Shown: positions 30,166 through 38,909 of the stretch, piece by piece
Layout of the letters: every line of letters begins with the position of its first letter
Numbering within the stretch: the stretch's first letter is position 1
Assembly: GCA_015058985.1 (NCBI GenBank)
Contig: SVBH01000002.1
Location: 50,727 to 114,726, forward strand
Reading direction: 5' to 3'
Origin: Erysipelotrichaceae bacterium
GTDB taxonomy: Bacteria > Bacillota_I > Bacilli_A > RFN20 > DUOF01
DNA: 64,000 bases
Translations under genes and position numbers: made by a program
The notes under the pieces: generated by a model
What the model saw: the letters and a program-made list of their open reading frames with translations, nothing else
Told to the model about the DNA's origin: nothing
Database searches by the model: none

Positions 30166-30168
30166 ATA

Positions 30169-30197
30169 TGGAAATTTTTAATCATTTTGTTTATAAT
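30169..30197 (+). promoter_or_regulatory. Promoter for tRNA-Ala (TGGAAA-17-TATAAT)
   Basis: -10 TATAAT 30192-30197, 8 nt before tRNA 5' end. Confidence 0.4.
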
Positions 30198-30205
30198 CAA
30201 AACAT

Positions 30206-30281
30206 GGGGTCTTAGCTCAGTTGGTAGAGCGTTTGAATGGCATTCAAAAGGTCAGGGGTTCGATTCCCCTAGGCTCCACCA
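30206..30281 (+). tRNA. tRNA-Ala (anticodon GGC), CCA encoded
   Basis: Cloverleaf: acceptor GGGGTCT/AGGCTCC with G3:U70 Ala identity pair, D-arm GCTC-AGTTGGTA-GAGC, anticodon loop aTGGCAt, T-loop GGTTCGATTCC. Confidence 0.9.
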
Positions 30282-30377
30282 AAATAAGAAAAAGAAATAA
30301 CTTAACATAGTTTAGGTTATTTTTTTCTTGACTAATATATAATTTGCTTTATAATTAATAGTTCTTGGAGGTACCTA

Positions 30378-30857
30378 ATGGAATTATTAGATTTAGTAAA
30401 CGTTGATGGCAATAGTTTAGGAAGAACTATTGCAAGAGGAGACAAATCTTTTAAGGAAGGAGAGTATATTAAAATTGTAGTAGTATATTTGATAAGTAAT
30501 GGCAAATATCTATTTCAATTAACTAGTGAAGAAAAGGGAAGAGAATATGCCGTTACAGGTGGTCATGTTCCTACTGGATTCACAACCAAAGAACAAGCTG
30601 TAGTAGAATGTGAAGAAGAACTAGGTATTAAACTAGACGATAGCAAGCTAGAATATCTTGGAAATTATCCAAGAGGACGTGCTTTGTTTTATGTCTATCA
30701 ATACTTAGATGATTCATTAGATAAAGTAGAAATGACATTACAAGATGAAGAAGTAGAAAGTGTACAATGGTTAACTAAGAAAGAAATCGAAGATCTTATT
30801 AACAAAGACTTAGTTAGACCAAGTACTTGTAAATCATATAGTATGTTCATAAAATAA
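30378..30857 (+). CDS. Putative NUDIX-like hydrolase (degenerate Nudix box)
   Basis: 159 aa; GGHVPTGFTTKEQAVVECEEELGI resembles the ...E(x7)REUxEExGU box with R->V; weak. Confidence 0.35.
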   Translation: MELLDLVNVDGNSLGRTIARGDKSFKEGEYIKIVVVYLISNGKYLFQLTSEEKGREYAVTGGHVPTGFTTKEQAVVECEEELGIKLDDSKLEYLGNYPRGRALFYVYQYLDDSLDKVEMTLQDEEVESVQWLTKKEIEDLINKDLVRPSTCKSYSMFIK

Positions 30858-30905
30858 GATAGGCACTGTTCGGCAGAACAGTGCTTTTTGTCTTCCGTAT
30901 TTTAA

Positions 30906-30934
30906 TTGACATAGAGGTTTTCAATTTATATAAT
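30906..30934 (+). promoter_or_regulatory. Consensus sigma-A promoter for tRNA-Arg(CCT)
   Basis: TTGACA (30906-30911), 17-nt spacer, TATAAT (30929-30934), 13 nt upstream of tRNA. Confidence 0.65.
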
Positions 30935-30947
30935 TGTATAAGATTAT

Positions 30948-31024
30948 GTCCTTATAGCTCAGTTGGATAGAGCACTTCCCTCCTAAGGAAGGGGTCGCAC
31001 GTTCAAATCGTGTTAAGGACGCCA
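30948..31024 (+). tRNA. tRNA-Arg (anticodon CCT), CCA encoded
   Basis: Acceptor GTCCTTA/TAAGGAC fully paired, D-arm GCTC-AGTTGGATA-GAGC, anticodon stem CTTCC/GGAAG with loop cTCCTaa, T-arm GCACG-TTCAAAT-CGTGT. Confidence 0.9.
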
Positions 31025-31038
31025 TGAAAAAGAAAAAA

Positions 31039-31066
31039 GATGTATACAATGTATACATCTTTTTTA
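31039..31066 (+). terminator. Rho-independent terminator after tRNA-Arg
   Basis: gatgtatac/gtatacatc 9-bp stem, loop aat, T6 run. Confidence 0.75.
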
Positions 31067-31220
31067 TGAAACATACATATTAGGTCCAATTGCTGGCTTT
31101 GATAATGGTAAAATTATATTAGTGCAAACACCCAATAAGAATATTGGTAATAATTACTTAATTTACAAAATTTAATTATTATCCTTATTTTAATGGGAAA
31201 AATAATGTTGGAGGTTAAGT

Positions 31221-31415
31221 ATGAATTATAAAAAAAGAAGAAAAATTTTAAATCATGGAATGAGAATGATTGAAAGTGTAACTAAAGATATGAATGAAGA
31301 ATTTGCTATGGAATATAGGATTAAGGATCAATTAAGATTTAATTTAGGAGAAGAATACTATATAAAAGAAAAGAAACACAAAGAGTTTTATAATAAGGAG
31401 CATCTTAAAAAATAA
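31221..31415 (+). CDS. Small basic hypothetical protein (64 aa)
   Basis: ORF preceded by ggaggt RBS 7 nt upstream; KR-rich N-terminus. Confidence 0.35.
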   Translation: MNYKKRRKILNHGMRMIESVTKDMNEEFAMEYRIKDQLRFNLGEEYYIKEKKHKEFYNKEHLKK

Positions 31416-31496
31416 GATGCTTTTTGTTTTGAAAAATAATGCTTTTATTGACAATGAATAATTAATAAATTATTCTATTTTATAAGAGGTGGAAAT

Positions 31497-32504
31497 ATGG
31501 GATTATTAAAAAATATTGAATGGACAAGTACATCTAGTGATTTAATTGTGTACAAATATCCTATTAATGGTAAGGATCAAGTTAACAAGGGATCTGCTAT
31601 AACAGTTAGAGAGAGCCAAGTTGCAATCTTTTTATACAAAGGAAAATTAGCAGACGTCTTTTTACCAGGATATTACAAATTAGATACTGATAATATGCCT
31701 ATTCTAACTAGACTTATGTCTTGGAAGTATGGTTTTGAAACTCCATTTAAAGCAGACATTTTCTTTGTTAATACGAAACAATTCACTAATTTAAAATGGG
31801 GAACTTCAAATCCAATTTTAGTTAGAGATGCTGATTATGGAACTGTAAGAGTAAGAGGATTTGGGTCATATTCATTTAGAGTAGATGATGCTTACGTCTT
31901 TATGCAAAACCTAAGCGGAACAGAAGCTTTATATGATACTACTCAAATAGAAGATTATCTAAGAAGCATTGTAGTAAGAGGTATTACCGACACCATTGGA
32001 GAAAGTAAAATTCCTGTTTTAGATATGGCTGCTAATTTAGACGAGTTATCCGAAATAGTTGCAAAGAAATTAAATCAAGATTTTAAAGAAATTGGATTAA
32101 AACTTTCTAAATTGATTTTTGAAAGTTTCTCTTTACCAGAAGAATTAGAAAAGATGATTGATAAAAATGCTGGATATGGAGTATTAAGAAAAAATTTAGA
32201 TGTATATACACAAGTTGAAACAATTGAAGCTATGAAAGAAGTTGCTAAAAATGGTGGTGGAGCAAATGCTGGAGTAGGACTAGGAATGGGTGTAGGTCTT
32301 GGTAATATGTTTGCTAATAATATGCAAAATAACACTGGAAATGTTGCTCAATGTCCTTCTTGTGGTGCTAGTGTTGGTAAAAATAGTAAATTCTGTCCAG
32401 AATGTGGTACTAATTTAAAACCTAAATGTGCTAAATGTGGAACAGACCTAAAAGCAGGAACTAAATTCTGCCCAGAATGTGGTGAGAAAGTTGGATCAAA
32501 ATAA
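31497..32504 (+). CDS. SPFH/Band-7 domain protein with three C-terminal CPxCG zinc-ribbon units (YdjI-like)
   Basis: N-terminal ~250 aa SPFH-like; C-terminus CPSCGASVGKNSKFCPECGTNLKPKCAKCGTDLKAGTKFCPECGEK. Confidence 0.6.
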   Translation: MGLLKNIEWTSTSSDLIVYKYPINGKDQVNKGSAITVRESQVAIFLYKGKLADVFLPGYYKLDTDNMPILTRLMSWKYGFETPFKADIFFVNTKQFTNLKWGTSNPILVRDADYGTVRVRGFGSYSFRVDDAYVFMQNLSGTEALYDTTQIEDYLRSIVVRGITDTIGESKIPVLDMAANLDELSEIVAKKLNQDFKEIGLKLSKLIFESFSLPEELEKMIDKNAGYGVLRKNLDVYTQVETIEAMKEVAKNGGGANAGVGLGMGVGLGNMFANNMQNNTGNVAQCPSCGASVGKNSKFCPECGTNLKPKCAKCGTDLKAGTKFCPECGEKVGSK

Positions 32505-33579
32505 GAAAACAGAGTTACTTTATCAAGAAAAAAAGTTAACTACTACAACTTTCAAATGTCCATCTTGTGGAGGAGAAGCTAAATTCTCTCCTAAGCATCA
32601 AAAACTTAAATGTGAGTATTGTGGAACATTAACTGATGTTGATATGTCTTCCCTTGTTTCTGAACAAGATATTGGAGATTTATTAGTTGAAGCCGTTGTA
32701 GATAAAGATGTTGATGTTTATCAATGTAGCAGTTGTGGAGCAAAAGAAGTTATTTCTAAACAAGATATTGCTGTTTCTTGTCCTTTCTGTGGTACTAATA
32801 ATATTGTTAAAAAAGAGGAATTGTCTGGTATTAAGCCTCAAGGAATTGTTCCTTTTAAAATAGAACAACAAAAAGTTTCTGAAATTGCTAATAAATGGGC
32901 AAAGAAAAGAAGAATGGCTCCTAATGATTTCTATAAAGTTGCACAAACTAATAACATAAAAGGTATCTATAATCCTTTATTTACTTTTGATTCAATAACG
33001 GAGTCTACCTATAAAGGTCGTTTAGGAGATCGTAAAACTAGAACGGTAGGATATGGAAAAAATCGTCGAACAGAAACATATGTTGTTTATTATTCTGTGC
33101 AAGGTTCTCATAGTGGAAAATTTGATGAAGTTTTAGTTCAAGCTTCTAATAAGATTCCTCAAAATAGACTTGATGATATTGCTCCTTTTTCTACTAACGA
33201 TGCAATAACATATGATTCTAGTTTTTTAAGAGGATATACAGCTAGTTCGAATACTATTAATGGACAAGATGGCTGGAATATTGCAAAAAACAAAATGAGT
33301 GAAGATATAAGAAAGGATATTTTACGTAAATATCATTACGATGTTATAGATTATTTAAATGTTGATACCAAGTTTTCTAGTAACACTTATAAATATATTC
33401 TAGTTCCTTTATATGTTGGAGTTCATAAGTACAAAAATAAAGTTTATAATTTTTACGTTAATGGTTTAAATGGTAAAATATCTGGTGAATCACCAATTTC
33501 TTTCTGGAAGGCACTTTTCCTAACAATATTTATCATCCTAGTAGTTGGAATTATTGTTTGGTCATGCTTTGTTAATTAA
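32479..33579 (+). CDS. Double zinc-ribbon (TFIIB-like) protein with C-terminal TM anchor (YdjG-like). Non-ATG start, GTG 32479 or TTG 32488.
   Basis: FKCPSCGG...KCEYCG and YQCSSCGA...SCPFCG pairs; C-terminal hydrophobic helix FLTIFIILVVGIIVWSCFV; overlaps preceding gene end. Confidence 0.5.
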   Translation: MVRKLDQNKKTELLYQEKKLTTTTFKCPSCGGEAKFSPKHQKLKCEYCGTLTDVDMSSLVSEQDIGDLLVEAVVDKDVDVYQCSSCGAKEVISKQDIAVSCPFCGTNNIVKKEELSGIKPQGIVPFKIEQQKVSEIANKWAKKRRMAPNDFYKVAQTNNIKGIYNPLFTFDSITESTYKGRLGDRKTRTVGYGKNRRTETYVVYYSVQGSHSGKFDEVLVQASNKIPQNRLDDIAPFSTNDAITYDSSFLRGYTASSNTINGQDGWNIAKNKMSEDIRKDILRKYHYDVIDYLNVDTKFSSNTYKYILVPLYVGVHKYKNKVYNFYVNGLNGKISGESPISFWKALFLTIFIILVVGIIVWSCFVN

Positions 33580-33597
33580 TAGGTAGGAGGTTAAATT

Positions 33598-33927
33598 ATG
33601 TACTATGTATTAAGTTTTATTGCAGGTTTACTAGTTGGTGCAATTGGGTTTGCCTTAATTAGTAAAGCGAAAGAAAAAAATGTTTCTGAAGGAAAATTAT
33701 CTTTAGAAAAAAATGATATTATTTTAAAAGTAAATGAAGAAAGAATATGTAATAAAAAAGATATTAAACCTGGTAAATACACTTTGCATATGACTGTTGA
33801 AGGTGTAGAATCAGTGAATATAAAAATCAATGGTTTCGTTAAAGATTACAAAAGAAATACTGAAATAATCTTAAATGAAAATGATACTATAAAAGCAGTA
33901 TCACATAATGTTTTGTTAAGAAAGTAG
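33598..33927 (+). CDS. Small single-TM protein, hypothetical
   Basis: 109 aa, RBS ggtaggagg, N-terminal TM helix. Confidence 0.45.
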   Translation: MYYVLSFIAGLLVGAIGFALISKAKEKNVSEGKLSLEKNDIILKVNEERICNKKDIKPGKYTLHMTVEGVESVNIKINGFVKDYKRNTEIILNENDTIKAVSHNVLLRK

Positions 33928-33937
33928 GAGGGAAAGT

Positions 33938-34375
33938 ATGAGTAAAAACTTTTTAGGAAAATTATTTGGAGTATTAATCATTGCATTAGCTGCAACTTTA
34001 TGGCTTTTATCAGAAGTTAATTCTGATACATTTGGATTCTTTAATTTATCTTGGGCTGTAGTTGTTTTAGCAGGTGGCTTTGCTGTGTTGAATCTTTTAC
34101 AAGGTATATTTGTTCAAAATCCTGTTCCTGTAAAAAAAATGAAGATAGTTATAGCAGTAGTTCTTGCTATCATTACATTTGGATGTCTAATTACTGCTCT
34201 TGCAATTCCTGAAAATATTGTATTGCCTATTATTGCTCTTATCGTTGTAGCAGGTCTTCTTATTTCATTAGTTGCCACAGGAGGTAAAAAATGGGATACT
34301 GCAGATAATCAAAAAGTAGGATACAAGAATTATTTTGAAAGAAAAAAAGCTGAGGAAAAAGCTGAAAAAAAATAA
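33938..34375 (+). CDS. Four-TM membrane protein with charged C-terminal tail, hypothetical
   Basis: 145 aa, RBS aggaggg, four hydrophobic segments, tail KKAEEKAEKK. Confidence 0.5.
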   Translation: MSKNFLGKLFGVLIIALAATLWLLSEVNSDTFGFFNLSWAVVVLAGGFAVLNLLQGIFVQNPVPVKKMKIVIAVVLAIITFGCLITALAIPENIVLPIIALIVVAGLLISLVATGGKKWDTADNQKVGYKNYFERKKAEEKAEKK

Positions 34376-34397
34376 AATATATGTCATAAAATAAAAT

Positions 34398-34427
34398 GCC
34401 TCATAGATTAATATGAGGTGTTTTTTT
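34398..34427 (+). terminator. Rho-independent terminator closing the 31.2-34.4 kb module
   Basis: cctcat/atgagg stem, T7 run. Confidence 0.6.
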
Positions 34428-35222
34428 ATGGAATGGTTTTTAGAATGTAGCCCTGTGTTACAAGCATTGATGGCTAGTATGATAACTTGGGGAGTAACTG
34501 CATTAGGAGCACTTATAGTTTGCTTTTTTAGAAATATCAATCAAAAAGTTTTAGATACATTGTTAGGATTTTCAGCAGGGGTGATGATTGCAGCGTCTTT
34601 TTGGTCCTTGCTTTCACCTTCAATCGAATTAAGTAAACAACTTGGATATATAGAATGGCTATGCCCTGCATTAGGGTTTCTTGCGGGAGGTATTTTTGTC
34701 GTATTGGCTGATTTGTTTTTGGATAAAACATTAGAAAAGAAAAATAATATTAAAACTAGTTCTATGAAAAGATCTATCTTATTAGTATTAGCAGTAACCT
34801 TGCACAATATTCCTGAAGGGATGGCAGTTGGAGTTGCTTTTGGAGGTGTAGGTAATAATATACCAGGGGCAAGTATTATATCTGCGCTACTTTTAACGCT
34901 GGGAATAGCTATGCAAAACTTTCCTGAAGGAGCAGCAGTGTCCCTGCCTTTAAGGAGGGAAGGATATAATAGAAAAAAATCTTTCTTCTATGGACAAGCT
35001 AGTGGGATTGTAGAACCTATTGCTGCTGTTATAGGAGCAGTAGCAGCAATTTGTATTCAATCAATTTTGCCTTTTTTATTGGCCTTTTCAGCAGGTGCTA
35101 TGATTGGAGTGGTCTCAGCAGAATTAATTCCAGAGTCAATTAAAAATAGTAAAAATTTGGCAAGTTTAGGAATAATAATAGGATTTATTACGATGATGAT
35201 TTTAGATGTTGCGTTAGGATAA
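34428..35222 (+). CDS. ZIP-family divalent metal transporter (ZupT/GufA-like). Start could be ATG 34413 or 34428.
   Basis: 8 TM, HNIPEGMAVGVAFGG and QNFPEGAAVSLPL ZIP signatures. Confidence 0.75.
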   Translation: MEWFLECSPVLQALMASMITWGVTALGALIVCFFRNINQKVLDTLLGFSAGVMIAASFWSLLSPSIELSKQLGYIEWLCPALGFLAGGIFVVLADLFLDKTLEKKNNIKTSSMKRSILLVLAVTLHNIPEGMAVGVAFGGVGNNIPGASIISALLLTLGIAMQNFPEGAAVSLPLRREGYNRKKSFFYGQASGIVEPIAAVIGAVAAICIQSILPFLLAFSAGAMIGVVSAELIPESIKNSKNLASLGIIIGFITMMILDVALG

Positions 35223-35294
35223 AAAAATAGCTAGTTTTTTAATGGAAAATAGTTAACGCAAATGATATAATTATGAAATGTGAGGAGGGGTAAT

Positions 35295-35813
35295 ATGCCA
35301 AAAACGTTAAGTATTATTATTTGGTGTGTTTCCCTTTTTGCGGTTTTATCATTTTTAATTATTACGTTTTTAAGAATTTATACTGCTAAAAATCATGCTA
35401 AAAAATATGGTATGAGGAAAGAAATAACAGATCCTATTACTTATTGGATATCATATCTTAGTGCATTTGCTATCGTTGGATTAAAGTTTGCAATTGTTAT
35501 CTTAAAGAAAGATGTTTATGCAAGTAACTGGGCTATTTTTATTGATTTTATTCCAAGTGTTATTTTGATGATTTTGACTAGAGTTATTGGAAGAACAATG
35601 ATTTTAAGAGCAGAAAAAATGATTTATTTGTCTAATCTTATAGCTGAAACTAAGGATATTAATAAATTTGTAAAGAAAGATAATGAATGGATTTTGATTA
35701 CCACTACTGGTGAATATCCTGTTTCATTATCAAACACAACTGTCTTTAGAGTAGCAGACATTACTGGCGCAGAAGTAGAAGATAAAACAAGAGCTAATAA
35801 AATATTGAAATAG
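35295..35813 (+). CDS. Membrane protein, hypothetical. Start is ATG 35295 after GAGGAGGGG; ORF-track GTG 35280 lies in the RBS.
   Basis: ~172 aa, 3-4 TM helices. Confidence 0.45.
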   Translation: MPKTLSIIIWCVSLFAVLSFLIITFLRIYTAKNHAKKYGMRKEITDPITYWISYLSAFAIVGLKFAIVILKKDVYASNWAIFIDFIPSVILMILTRVIGRTMILRAEKMIYLSNLIAETKDINKFVKKDNEWILITTTGEYPVSLSNTTVFRVADITGAEVEDKTRANKILK

Positions 35814-35841
35814 GTATTTTAAAATGATATAATTTTCATAC

Positions 35842-35926
35842 GCTCCAATGGCGGAATGGTAGACGCAGTGGACTCAAAATCCACCGGTTAACAGCCATAG
35901 GGGTTCAAGTCCCCTTTGGAGCACCA
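35842..35926 (+). tRNA. tRNA-Leu (anticodon CAA), long variable arm, CCA encoded
   Basis: Acceptor GCTCCAA/TTGGAGC, anticodon stem GTGGA/TCCAC loop cTCAAaa, 15-nt variable arm, T-loop GGTTCAAGTCC; preceded by TGaTATAAT extended -10 at 35825-35833. Confidence 0.88.
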
Positions 35927-35935
35927 TTTGATTTA

Positions 35936-35962
35936 TAGCTGTACTTTGTGTACAGCTTTTTT
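35936..35962 (+). terminator. Rho-independent terminator after tRNA-Leu
   Basis: agctgtac/gtacagct stem, loop tttgt, T6. Confidence 0.75.
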
Positions 35963-36067
35963 ATTAAAATTGAATTAAAGAAAAATTTCATCTAATTATA
36001 TATTTTATTTTTTACTTGTAAAAAATACTTTTAGAAAGATTAAAAAAAGATTAAAAAAAATAATATA

Positions 36068-36112
36068 TTCGACAAATTTTTACATATAAGTTATTTCTCT
36101 ATGTGTTATAAT
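36068..36112 (+). promoter_or_regulatory. spo0A promoter region: 0A-box (TTCGACA = reverse complement of TGTCGAA) at 36068-36074 and extended -10 TGtTATAAT at 36104-36112
   Basis: Sequence motifs only; 0A box sits ~30 nt upstream of the -10, consistent with Spo0A autoregulation in Bacillus/Clostridia. Confidence 0.4.
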
Positions 36113-36158
36113 GAAATTCAGTTCGATAGGCAAATGAAAGGAAAGGATAATTTACACA

Positions 36159-36944
36159 ATGGAAGAAAAAATAAAAGTATTTATTGCAGAAGAAAGTAAG
36201 CAAATCAAAGATAGATTAGTTAGTTTAATTAATGCAGATCCGAGATTTGAACTAGTTGGCGTAGTAACTAATGGTGTGGAATGTTTAGAATATCTTCAAA
36301 AAAGTCCAATGATAGATGTTTTATATATTGATTTGTTATTACCTAATGTAGATGGTATTACTATAATAGAAAAACATATTAACAGATTAAAAGTTAAGAA
36401 AATCATTGCCACATCCTGGTTAACAAATGATTATATTATTGAAAGAATCAATAATGCCAATGTGGACATGTATTTAAATAAGCCATTTTCAAATGAATCG
36501 TTTTTAAAAAATCTTTATTCTCTTGGAATAACAACAGTAGAAGGATGCACATCTTCCATTGTCGATGAAAAACTAATAGAAAAAGAGATAACAGAATTAC
36601 TGCATGAAGTAGGAATACCTGCTCATATAAGAGGATATAGTTATATAAGAAGTTCCATAATGTATACCTTCAAAAATCAAGATTTGATGGGACAAGTAAC
36701 GAAAGTATTATATCCTTGTATTGCAAAGGAATATAATAGTACATCATCGAGGGTAGAAAGGGCAATTAGACACGCAATTGAGATTGCATGGAATCGTGGA
36801 AATATAGATGCTATTGATGAAATATTTAAATATACAATAAGTGCAAATAAAGCAAAACCAACAAATTCTGAATTTATTGCAATGATAGCAGATAGACTGA
36901 GATTAAAGTATCAGCATAGAGAATATGATGAAGTATTAAATTAA
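36159..36944 (+). CDS. spo0A: Stage 0 sporulation protein A (receiver domain plus Spo0A_C DNA-binding domain)
   Basis: Receiver domain with D in YIDLLLP; C-terminal GIPAHIRGYSYIRSSI...SSRVERAIRHAIEIAWNRGNIDAIDEIF...KAKPTNSEFIAMIADRLRL almost identical to the Spo0A signature SRVERAIRHAIEVAWSRGN...KPTNSEFIAM. Confidence 0.88.
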   Translation: MEEKIKVFIAEESKQIKDRLVSLINADPRFELVGVVTNGVECLEYLQKSPMIDVLYIDLLLPNVDGITIIEKHINRLKVKKIIATSWLTNDYIIERINNANVDMYLNKPFSNESFLKNLYSLGITTVEGCTSSIVDEKLIEKEITELLHEVGIPAHIRGYSYIRSSIMYTFKNQDLMGQVTKVLYPCIAKEYNSTSSRVERAIRHAIEIAWNRGNIDAIDEIFKYTISANKAKPTNSEFIAMIADRLRLKYQHREYDEVLN

Positions 36945-36947
36945 AAA

Positions 36948-36973
36948 GCGTCTTATGGAAATAAGGCGTTTTT
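36948..36973 (+). terminator. Rho-independent terminator after spo0A
   Basis: gcgtcttat/ataaggcgt stem (G:U pairs), loop ggaa, T5. Confidence 0.6.
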
Positions 36974-37044
36974 AAGTTTTTAAAATATTTGATGATATTA
37001 TCCAATACTTTGATATATAATTAAAAAAAAGGAAGGTGTTAGCT

Positions 37045-37650
37045 ATGCTAAAAAAACTACGTTTAGGATTAATAATTTCTACTTCTATACTTACTTTATT
37101 GTTTATTGTTTCCTTGTTTAATCCCTTTAAAAATGATGATGTTAGGTTTTATCAAATAAAAAACTATTATCGCATTGATATTTCCGAAGAAGAACAAAAT
37201 GATGAAGATTATTTACTAATTAAAATTGCTAATACTTCAAATGAAAATATTTATAATACAGAAATCGTTTTTGGTACTAAAGAAAATCAATATTCTCAGG
37301 ATAATTATATTTGGTTTAGAATAATTAAAGTCGCCAAAGATGATGTTATTACTATTAAATTTTATGAGGATACAGGAAAGTTTGTAATTGATAGTAATGA
37401 ATCAACTGATAATTCATCATATTATAATTTATCTATCAATCCAAAAGTTCCTGATTTAGATTTAGAAAGATGCATGAATATTTCTCATGTAGGAATAGAC
37501 TCAGAAAATCCTGAAATTACAAGATTAAATGGACAATATTGGACTTTGGAGAAGAATCTATTATTATCTTTTTCTTCAGCAAGTTTGATTGCTCTTGTAA
37601 TAGTTCATTTCATTATTACAAAGGAAGGTAAAAAAGATGAAAAAAATTAA
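37045..37650 (+). CDS. Hypothetical membrane-anchored protein (N- and C-terminal TM helices)
   Basis: ATG 37045 after AAGGAAGG; ~200 aa. Confidence 0.45.
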   Translation: MLKKLRLGLIISTSILTLLFIVSLFNPFKNDDVRFYQIKNYYRIDISEEEQNDEDYLLIKIANTSNENIYNTEIVFGTKENQYSQDNYIWFRIIKVAKDDVITIKFYEDTGKFVIDSNESTDNSSYYNLSINPKVPDLDLERCMNISHVGIDSENPEITRLNGQYWTLEKNLLLSFSSASLIALVIVHFIITKEGKKDEKN

Positions 37651-38299
37651 AAGCTTATTATTATCAATATTATTGTTAATGCCTATTTATGGATGTAATA
37701 AGAAAGATAGTTTACCTGCTGCAAAAGTTGATTCTACAAGTCAATTTGGTGTAGATAAAAATGTAAACATCAAAACCATTGATAAATATTTAAATAGAAA
37801 AGATACAGTATATCGTGATATGAGAATGTTAAGTGATCCTGCTTCTTATTGTAATATTGGAGGAGACGCTTATCTTTCTGGTACAATCGAAGGATTCGAA
37901 ATAGTTCCTTATCCTTATTTGGCTACTGTAAAAGGACTACCAGATGCAGTAGGACAGGGTTATCAAGGGGAGTCATTATATACTTGGAATGATGATGGCA
38001 GCTATACTGCTAATTATAAGGAATCTCTTTTGATTATTAATGACTTATTTCCCAAAGATAAAAACATCATTCTTATGTGTGGTGGTGGAGGTTATGCAAT
38101 GATGACTAAAAACTTATTAGTTGCCTTAGGGTATGACGCTTCTAAAATTTATAATATAGGTGGTTTCTGGGAATACAATGGAGATCATAGGGTTAAAATT
38201 GATGTTACATATGGGGATGGATTCTCTAGTTACTATGCTTTTCATCGTTTAAATTATCACATCATTGACTTCACTTATTTAACGAAAATTGAATCTTAA
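37637..38299 (+). CDS. Lipoprotein with rhodanese-like domain (degenerate active-site loop CGGGGY)
   Basis: Signal peptide plus lipobox LLMPIYGC; ILMCGGGGYAMMTKNLLVALGYDASKIYNIGGFWEY resembles the rhodanese C-x4-R loop region but lacks Arg. Confidence 0.45.
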   Translation: MKKIKSLLLSILLLMPIYGCNKKDSLPAAKVDSTSQFGVDKNVNIKTIDKYLNRKDTVYRDMRMLSDPASYCNIGGDAYLSGTIEGFEIVPYPYLATVKGLPDAVGQGYQGESLYTWNDDGSYTANYKESLLIINDLFPKDKNIILMCGGGGYAMMTKNLLVALGYDASKIYNIGGFWEYNGDHRVKIDVTYGDGFSSYYAFHRLNYHIIDFTYLTKIES

Positions 38300-38374
38300 T
38301 CTTTTATCCACATTTTGAGGATATTTTGTTTATATAAGATCTTAAATATTTGATAATTACTCCAGGTGATAACT

Positions 38375-38845
38375 ATGGATGAAAAACGATATTTAAGTTT
38401 AATTAAAGATAAAGTTGAAACAATTCTTTCCACATGGAATAAAGAAGATAATAACATCTATAATAAAGTTCAATTGTTAAAAGAATTAATTGATTATGTA
38501 GCAGAATATTTCTTCGCAAAAGAAGGTAAAGATTATAGTAAGCAACTTATTAAATATAATATTATCGTTACTAATTCAAATGATTATGCAAATGATCTAA
38601 AAGTAATTAGAAACTCTAAAGGTAGAGAAATTGTTGTTTTAGAAGAAGATATAAATAAAAAATACGAGTTATCTACCATTATGAATAAATATGTAAGCAA
38701 AATTATTTTTGCGGTATCCAAAGGATTAAAGAATCCAAACGAATACTATGAATTACATCTTTTACCTGATTATGATAGTACTGATTCTCAAATAGAAAAA
38801 CTATTCAATAGTTTTGATAAAGATGGAAATATAATAAACAGATAA
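38375..38845 (+). CDS. Hypothetical protein (~156 aa)
   Basis: ATG 38375 after CCAGGTGA; no family recognised; terminator aagccc/gggctt at 38844-38862. Confidence 0.4.
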   Translation: MDEKRYLSLIKDKVETILSTWNKEDNNIYNKVQLLKELIDYVAEYFFAKEGKDYSKQLIKYNIIVTNSNDYANDLKVIRNSKGREIVVLEEDINKKYELSTIMNKYVSKIIFAVSKGLKNPNEYYELHLLPDYDSTDSQIEKLFNSFDKDGNIINR

Positions 38846-38909
38846 GCCCATGAGGGCTTTTTAATTGCTTATTTATTGATGATAAGCTAAAATAAAATTG
38901 GTGAAATAA

